64,000 nt of DNA from an uncultured Candidatus Saccharibacteria bacterium (GTDB lineage Bacteria > Patescibacteriota > Dojkabacteria > J137), in contig CAZWRA010000001.1 of NCBI GenBank assembly GCA_964635995.1, positions 226 through 64,225 on the forward strand. Direction: 5' to 3'. The stretch's first letter is position 1. The number at the start of each line of letters is the position of its first letter. The notes beneath the pieces are model-generated. The model was not told where the DNA came from. It did no database searches and saw nothing but the letters and a program-made list of their open reading frames with translations. The translations under genes were made by a program, and so were the position numbers. This document shows positions 59,753-64,000 of this stretch, one piece after another.

Positions 59753-60136
59753 CTATAACTGGAACAAATCCAATTCTAAGATGAATGTTAAAATTTTTTC
59801 TGAGAATTTTTGTGTATCTCTTAAAACATCGCAAGCTTTATCAACATATTCAGGAGGAATAAGTATTGTCGACCCATCTCCACCAAAAACAAAAGGAAAT
59901 TCAATATTTTTATCAATATTCAAAACAGCAGTCGTTGCACAAGAGGCTACAAAATTTACATCATGATATCTTCCTTCATCAATAGCAATAGTGGAGCCTT
60001 TTACATCTGAGACTACAACAAACCAGTCAACAGGAGCATCCCTGAAAAGACGTTCGTTCGTTATATCTTTAAACTCTTCCACATAAGGAAGATCGTTGTA
60101 GAAATACGTACTTTTCACAATTTTTAATGTCACCAA
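59753..60136 (-). CDS. Truncated nucleotidyl-cyclase-like (DUF3095-like) N-terminal fragment; downstream 240 bp contains further coding-like pieces in other frames
   Basis: FVVVSDVKGSTIAIDEGRYHDVNFV … FPFVFGGDGSTILIP resembles the class III cyclase-like fold core. ORF only 127 aa. Stop-free stretches in other frames to 59520 (e.g. …LKCVWQDIPSKKDEIVILLI). Confidence 0.3.
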   Translation of the reverse strand: MVTLKIVKSTYFYNDLPYVEEFKDITNERLFRDAPVDWFVVVSDVKGSTIAIDEGRYHDVNFVASCATTAVLNIDKNIEFPFVFGGDGSTILIPPEYVDKACDVLRDTQKFSEKILTFILELDLFQL

Positions 60137-60233
60137 AATTTTACAACAATATCAGTATATCAGCGACTGTCAATAATGGCCAGCAGCAATATCAGAATAT
60201 GCTCTAAATTAATTATTCAGTTGGGGAATATTC

Positions 60234-60682
60234 TCAGATAGATTTTTCTAATTTTCTAACTCTTTTTTGAAGCTTATTGTATTCCCTTAAACCTGCAAAA
60301 GAGTATCTAAAATATACAGACAGGAGCATTAATATAAGTGAGATAATTATTATGAATAATCTAAAAATGGAAGATAGAAGTACTACAAATGAAGGATAAA
60401 GTCTTGACTCAAAATCTTCATCTTCTTCTCGATCATTATTAAATATATCTTCAATTGAATCAACAATATCATCAGGAATGGTGCCAATAGTAGTTAGAGT
60501 GTTATCAGTATATTGAAGTTGTCTTCCAAAAAATTTTCTTCAAATAGATTGTCTGTAAATGAAGAATAAATCTGAGGGATAAAAATAGCTGAAATAATTC
60601 CAGCTAAACCTACAAAGAATAAAAAAGTTATTATTGTTTGCGATGCTACAATAACTTTTCTATAAAAAAGAAAAGCAAACAT
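60234..60682 (-). pseudogene. Small membrane protein gene split by a frameshift at an A6/T6 run (62-aa N-terminal ORF + about 95-aa C-terminal piece in +1 frame)
   Basis: N-piece MFAFLFYRKVIVASQTIITFLFFVGLAGIISAIFIPQIYSSF…; C-piece …TIGTIPDDIVDSIEDIFNNDREEDEDFESRLYPSFVVLLSSIFRLFIIIISLILMLLSVYF…KLEKSI*. Confidence 0.4.
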
Positions 60683-60728
60683 AGGATTAATACAATGAAT
60701 ACTAAAAAATTGTTATTGGATTCATATT

Positions 60729-61076
60729 TTATTCTTCAGATTTTTCTTCAAATATTTTCTCAATTTTAGCAGCCATAGAGAAATCTTTTAAGGTTAGTCC
60801 TCCAGCATCATGTGTACAGAAAGAGACATATACATTTTTATAATCGTAAATTGTTAAATCAGGATGATGTCCTTCCTCATCTGCAAGTTCAGCAACCATA
60901 TTTAAAAGAAGAAGAGCTTCTTTAAAATTAGTCATTTCAAAACTTGTTATTAAATGATCATTTTCATCAATACCCCAAAATTCAAACATATCAATGTATT
61001 TATTTATTTCATCTTTTGGTAACTTCTGAGAATCTAGGTCTTTAATCTTTTTTGAAGCTAGAGCTTTCTTATCCAT
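60729..61076 (-). CDS. phhB: Pterin-4a-carbinolamine dehydratase (PCD/DCoH)
   Basis: EEGHHPDLTIYDYKNVYVSFCTHDAGGLTLKDF matches the PCD active-site region ([EDKH]-x3-HHP…). Confidence 0.8.
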   Translation of the reverse strand: MDKKALASKKIKDLDSQKLPKDEINKYIDMFEFWGIDENDHLITSFEMTNFKEALLLLNMVAELADEEGHHPDLTIYDYKNVYVSFCTHDAGGLTLKDFSMAAKIEKIFEEKSEE

Positions 61077-61127
61077 TTTGATTTATTAATATATTTATTT
61101 TTACCCTATGAATTTGAAATATGCAAA

Positions 61128-63827
61128 TTACTTTCTATAGGCTTCAATTCTAAATATATAGCCTTTTATAAATTTTCTTAAGTTTTCTATTACAACATAA
61201 AATGCTGGAAAAGTAATTACAACTAGAAAAGTACTTGAAAGAAGACCGAAGATAATCACAAATGCAAGTGACTCCCATAGTGGTTCAGTTAATGCTAAAG
61301 GAAAAAGGCCAAGTACAGTTGTAGCTGAAGTGGTTAAAAGAGGTCTGAATCTTAGTTTAACTGCTTTAATAATTGAATCAGATATTGAGCTTCCTTCCAT
61401 TCTCATTTGATTAGCAAAATCTAAAAGCATAACTGTATTGTTAACTACAATTCCAACAAGAGCAATCATTCCAATAATTACAAAAAAACTTATTGGGTTA
61501 TCTGTAATGTATAGACCACCAAATAGCCCAAAGAAGCTAAATGGAATTGCTAACATTATAAGAAGGGCTTGAGAGAATGAGTTAAATACTACTACAAGGA
61601 ACAGATAAATTATTACAAATGATCCTAAAAGAGCAACTCCTGCAGAAATAACAGACTCGAAAATCTCCGAAGCAAAACCTCGATCATCACCAAGTGAATC
61701 TTCTTCTAAACCTAACTCTTGAAGTTTTACAGAGTTATATTCCTCTTTAACTCTTTCTGAGACTAATCTAATTGAAGCATCATCAACTTCACCTTCAAGC
61801 TTCGACTCAATTAATAAGAATCTTCTTCCATCATTTTTTACAATTGAGTCTAAATTTTTAATTCTTGAATCAGATACAGTTATGTCATTTTCAAAATCAA
61901 TATCATTAAGGATATACTCTCTAATTTCCTCCGCAACTTTAATTAAAGAATGTGAATCATTTCCATAAATTTGAATTTGAGATTGGTACTCAACTGTAGG
62001 AGGTCCTGAAACCTGTTCAGCTTGAACTATAATTATAGCTCTACTTGTCTCTTCTAACTTTCCCTCAATAGCTTCAGCTATTTCAACAGAAGTTTCTGAT
62101 CGATCCAATAAAGAAGTAAGTTTCACCATCATAAAAGCAGTGTCAGCTCCAGAAAAATCTCTTCCAACTTGAGGGTATTTTATTTCTTCAACAAGATCAC
62201 TATAGTTATCAGTGATAACTTCTTCGACTTCTTTTACAATATTTTCTTTTTCAAGAATAGTTAATCCATTTTCAAATGTGAAATTAACATAAATACCATT
62301 TGAGTCCTTTTGTGGAGGGAAATCGACAAATTGTAATTTGGAAGCAAAATATCCTCCTAAGCCTATTAATGTAATTCCTAAAAATATTATCAGAATATTT
62401 AGATACCATCTTTTTACATAAAATCCAACAATTGTTCCTAATACCTTTCCATAAAATAGAACAAGTTCATTAAAAATGTTAAAGACCCAATATAAAGGAT
62501 TTTGTCTGTATCCTGGCTTCCTTGTTGGAATTATTACATTTGATAAAAGAGGAACAATTGTTAATGCTATAATTAAAGACCAACTAAGTGTAGTAATTAC
62601 AGTTATTGGAACATCTCTTATTATTTCTCCTAAAAATCCAATAATAAAAAGCATTGGGAAAAAGACAAGAAGTGTAGTTATTGTACCTATAGCATCAGCT
62701 TTTCCAACACTATTAATAGCGGCTTTAACTGCTTTTATTCCCTTTAAGCCTTCTCTCTTATGGTAATCAATACTTTCAACAATTACTATTGCGTCATCAA
62801 CTAATAAGCCTAAAACAAGAATTAGAGCGAAAAGTGATATAACATTTAAAGAGACTCCTAATAACAACAAGGTAATGAAAGTTGCTGCCATTACTGTCGG
62901 AATGAAAATCACTGCAACAATAGCTGCCCTCCAGCTTACAAAAAGAAATAATGTAAGCGCTACAATAATTAAAGCTGAAAAAGCATTTGATTCTAAAGAG
63001 GTAATTTGTTCATTTAGTCCAACAGCTTCGTCATAAACAGTAACTATTTCATATCCATCATAATTGCCTGATTCATTAATTGATTCTAACTTTTCTGTAA
63101 CTTCAGAAGAAAGTTCAGTAGTTGTAACATTACTTTCTTTTTGAATTCCTAACAATATAGATTCATTAATTTTAATTTCTCCATTCTCTTTTTTTCCGTA
63201 TCTATTAAAAGAAAGCTGTAAAAGTTCTTCCTTACCAGTTAAAGGGCTATAAATTTCTTCAAACAAATTTATTGTAGATGAATTATCCACTGTGTTTAGT
63301 GAGTTAAACTCACTTGCTATTTCTTTTGAAACTTCCTGTAACTTCAAAACATCATTATCTTCTTTACTTACAACTCCTAAAATTAAATCGTTCTCTCCAT
63401 CAACTGCGTTCGCTTGTAAAGAAATAACTTCTGGATTTACTCCTTCTGGAAGTTCTAATCGTGAAATCTCTTCATTAATTTTAGCTACCTCTTCTTCAGT
63501 ATCAGTACCAGTTTTAAAAGAAATAATAATAAAGCTGAAATTATCAGCTGAGGTTGAATTAACAACTTCAACAGACTCCCTTATTTTAATAACATCTACA
63601 AGTGGAGTAGTTAATGTTGAGTCAATAATGTTTGGGTCATTAATTGGATAGATTGTTTGAACAAATGCCGTAGGAAACTCTAATTCCGGAAAACCTTCTC
63701 TTGGTAATAGATTTGTGTAAGTAATAAAACCTATGAAAATAATCCCAATAAATGCCAATAGAGTCAGTCGGAAATTTTTTACAGATGACACACTTAACTT
63801 TGTTACAAAATTCTCTTTATTATTCAA
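61128..63827 (-). CDS. RND-superfamily efflux transporter permease (AcrB/HAE-like, 12 TM with two periplasmic loops)
   Basis: AcrB-like N-terminus (…FRLTLLAFIGIIFIGFITYTNLLPREGFPELEFPTAFVQTIYP…). Two large hydrophilic loops separating TM bundles. 899 aa. Confidence 0.8.
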   Translation of the reverse strand: MNNKENFVTKLSVSSVKNFRLTLLAFIGIIFIGFITYTNLLPREGFPELEFPTAFVQTIYPINDPNIIDSTLTTPLVDVIKIRESVEVVNSTSADNFSFIIISFKTGTDTEEEVAKINEEISRLELPEGVNPEVISLQANAVDGENDLILGVVSKEDNDVLKLQEVSKEIASEFNSLNTVDNSSTINLFEEIYSPLTGKEELLQLSFNRYGKKENGEIKINESILLGIQKESNVTTTELSSEVTEKLESINESGNYDGYEIVTVYDEAVGLNEQITSLESNAFSALIIVALTLFLFVSWRAAIVAVIFIPTVMAATFITLLLLGVSLNVISLFALILVLGLLVDDAIVIVESIDYHKREGLKGIKAVKAAINSVGKADAIGTITTLLVFFPMLFIIGFLGEIIRDVPITVITTLSWSLIIALTIVPLLSNVIIPTRKPGYRQNPLYWVFNIFNELVLFYGKVLGTIVGFYVKRWYLNILIIFLGITLIGLGGYFASKLQFVDFPPQKDSNGIYVNFTFENGLTILEKENIVKEVEEVITDNYSDLVEEIKYPQVGRDFSGADTAFMMVKLTSLLDRSETSVEIAEAIEGKLEETSRAIIIVQAEQVSGPPTVEYQSQIQIYGNDSHSLIKVAEEIREYILNDIDFENDITVSDSRIKNLDSIVKNDGRRFLLIESKLEGEVDDASIRLVSERVKEEYNSVKLQELGLEEDSLGDDRGFASEIFESVISAGVALLGSFVIIYLFLVVVFNSFSQALLIMLAIPFSFFGLFGGLYITDNPISFFVIIGMIALVGIVVNNTVMLLDFANQMRMEGSSISDSIIKAVKLRFRPLLTTSATTVLGLFPLALTEPLWESLAFVIIFGLLSSTFLVVITFPAFYVVIENLRKFIKGYIFRIEAYRK

Positions 63828-64000
63828 TACCAGGGATACTTTATATATAAACCTTATATTATACTCCTATAGAAAGGTTTATTCAAATGATGATTTTAAG
63901 ACTTGATTAACTATATGTTTCTCTTCATCAGTTCTAATAGCTAGAATTCTATTTTTTTGTGAAATATCTAGCGTATCTATTACATCAATAGCTCCTTTAT

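Noticed and set aside
60729-61130. Possible in-frame continuity between the RND pump and the PCD gene (start and stop 51 nt apart in the same frame)
   Set aside because: Manual translation of the 17 intervening codons hits a TAA. They are separate genes.
1-64000. Alternative genetic code (UGA or UAA as sense) as explanation for the in-frame stops
   Set aside because: All three stop codons (TAA, TGA, TAG) occur in-frame in different genes. TAA and TGA also terminate many genes at homolog-consistent lengths (e.g. rnpA ends NN-TGA-TAA; pheS, gatC, ppa end at TAA/TAG). Frameshifts accompany the stops in the same genes. Pseudogenisation (or errors) fits better than recoding. Kept only as a low-probability alternative for the TGA cases.
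1-64000. Searched by eye for CRISPR arrays, rRNA, tmRNA, integrases/transposases, restriction-modification or obvious toxin-antitoxin pairs
   Set aside because: No regularly spaced direct repeats, no rRNA-like conserved blocks, no recombinase/transposase motifs and no methyltransferase motifs were seen. Only three tRNAs carry the T-loop signature.

Overview
This is a gene-dense, AT-rich (about 70% A+T by eye) bacterial chromosomal segment coding on both strands. There are no rRNA genes, CRISPR arrays, transposases or integrases in the window.

Gene content:
- DNA repair and replication: uvrA, mfd, a UvrD/PcrA-like helicase-nuclease, dnaE, a Y-family polymerase (umuC/dinB-like), umuD-like, rarA and an OGG1-type glycosylase.
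- Translation and RNA metabolism: pheS, gatC, rnpA, ychF, a YhaM-like HD exoribonuclease, ThpR/LigT, a beta-CASP MBL RNase and NrnA.
- Three tRNAs: Gln-CUG, Ser-GGA and Ala-GGC.
- Envelope functions: a LysM-M23 peptidase, a GT2 glycosyltransferase, galU, a RodZ-like protein, an RND pump and an ABC exporter.
- A type IV pilus / type II secretion-like locus (prepilin peptidase, major pilin, pilB, pilC, minor pilins, a 613-aa pilin-like protein).
- Several large secreted or surface proteins, including a 1013-aa cysteine-rich surface protein.

The gene repertoire and composition look like a small-genome, low-GC lineage (Patescibacteria/CPR-like or another reduced symbiont). That placement is inference only.

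The most striking feature is the number of genes interrupted by in-frame stop codons (TAA, TGA and TAG all occur) or by frameshifts:
- pilB: one frameshift plus one in-frame TAA.
- pilC: at least two frameshifts.
- rarA: an in-frame TGA at a conserved Arg position.
- An Ldh_2-family dehydrogenase: frameshift.
- A PAS-domain gene: stop plus frameshift.
- A roughly 640-aa DUF5648-repeat/propeller-like gene: three in-frame TAA.
- Several small genes.

Large housekeeping genes (uvrA, mfd, dnaE, pheS, the ABC and RND transporters) are intact. This points to genuine pseudogenisation of accessory functions (ongoing genome reduction) rather than generally poor sequence, but it needs read-level confirmation.

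Other notable points:
- The cysteine-rich surface protein carries EGF-like 6-Cys modules, a Myxococcus-type CGDG-EECD repeat, DUF11 repeats and a sortase-like VPETA + TM tail.
- The umuD-like and umuC-like genes are separated by about 2.4 kb of unknown genes, including paralogous small proteins.
- tRNA-Ser is flanked by a 17-nt exact copy of its own 3' end and other tRNA-derived fragments.
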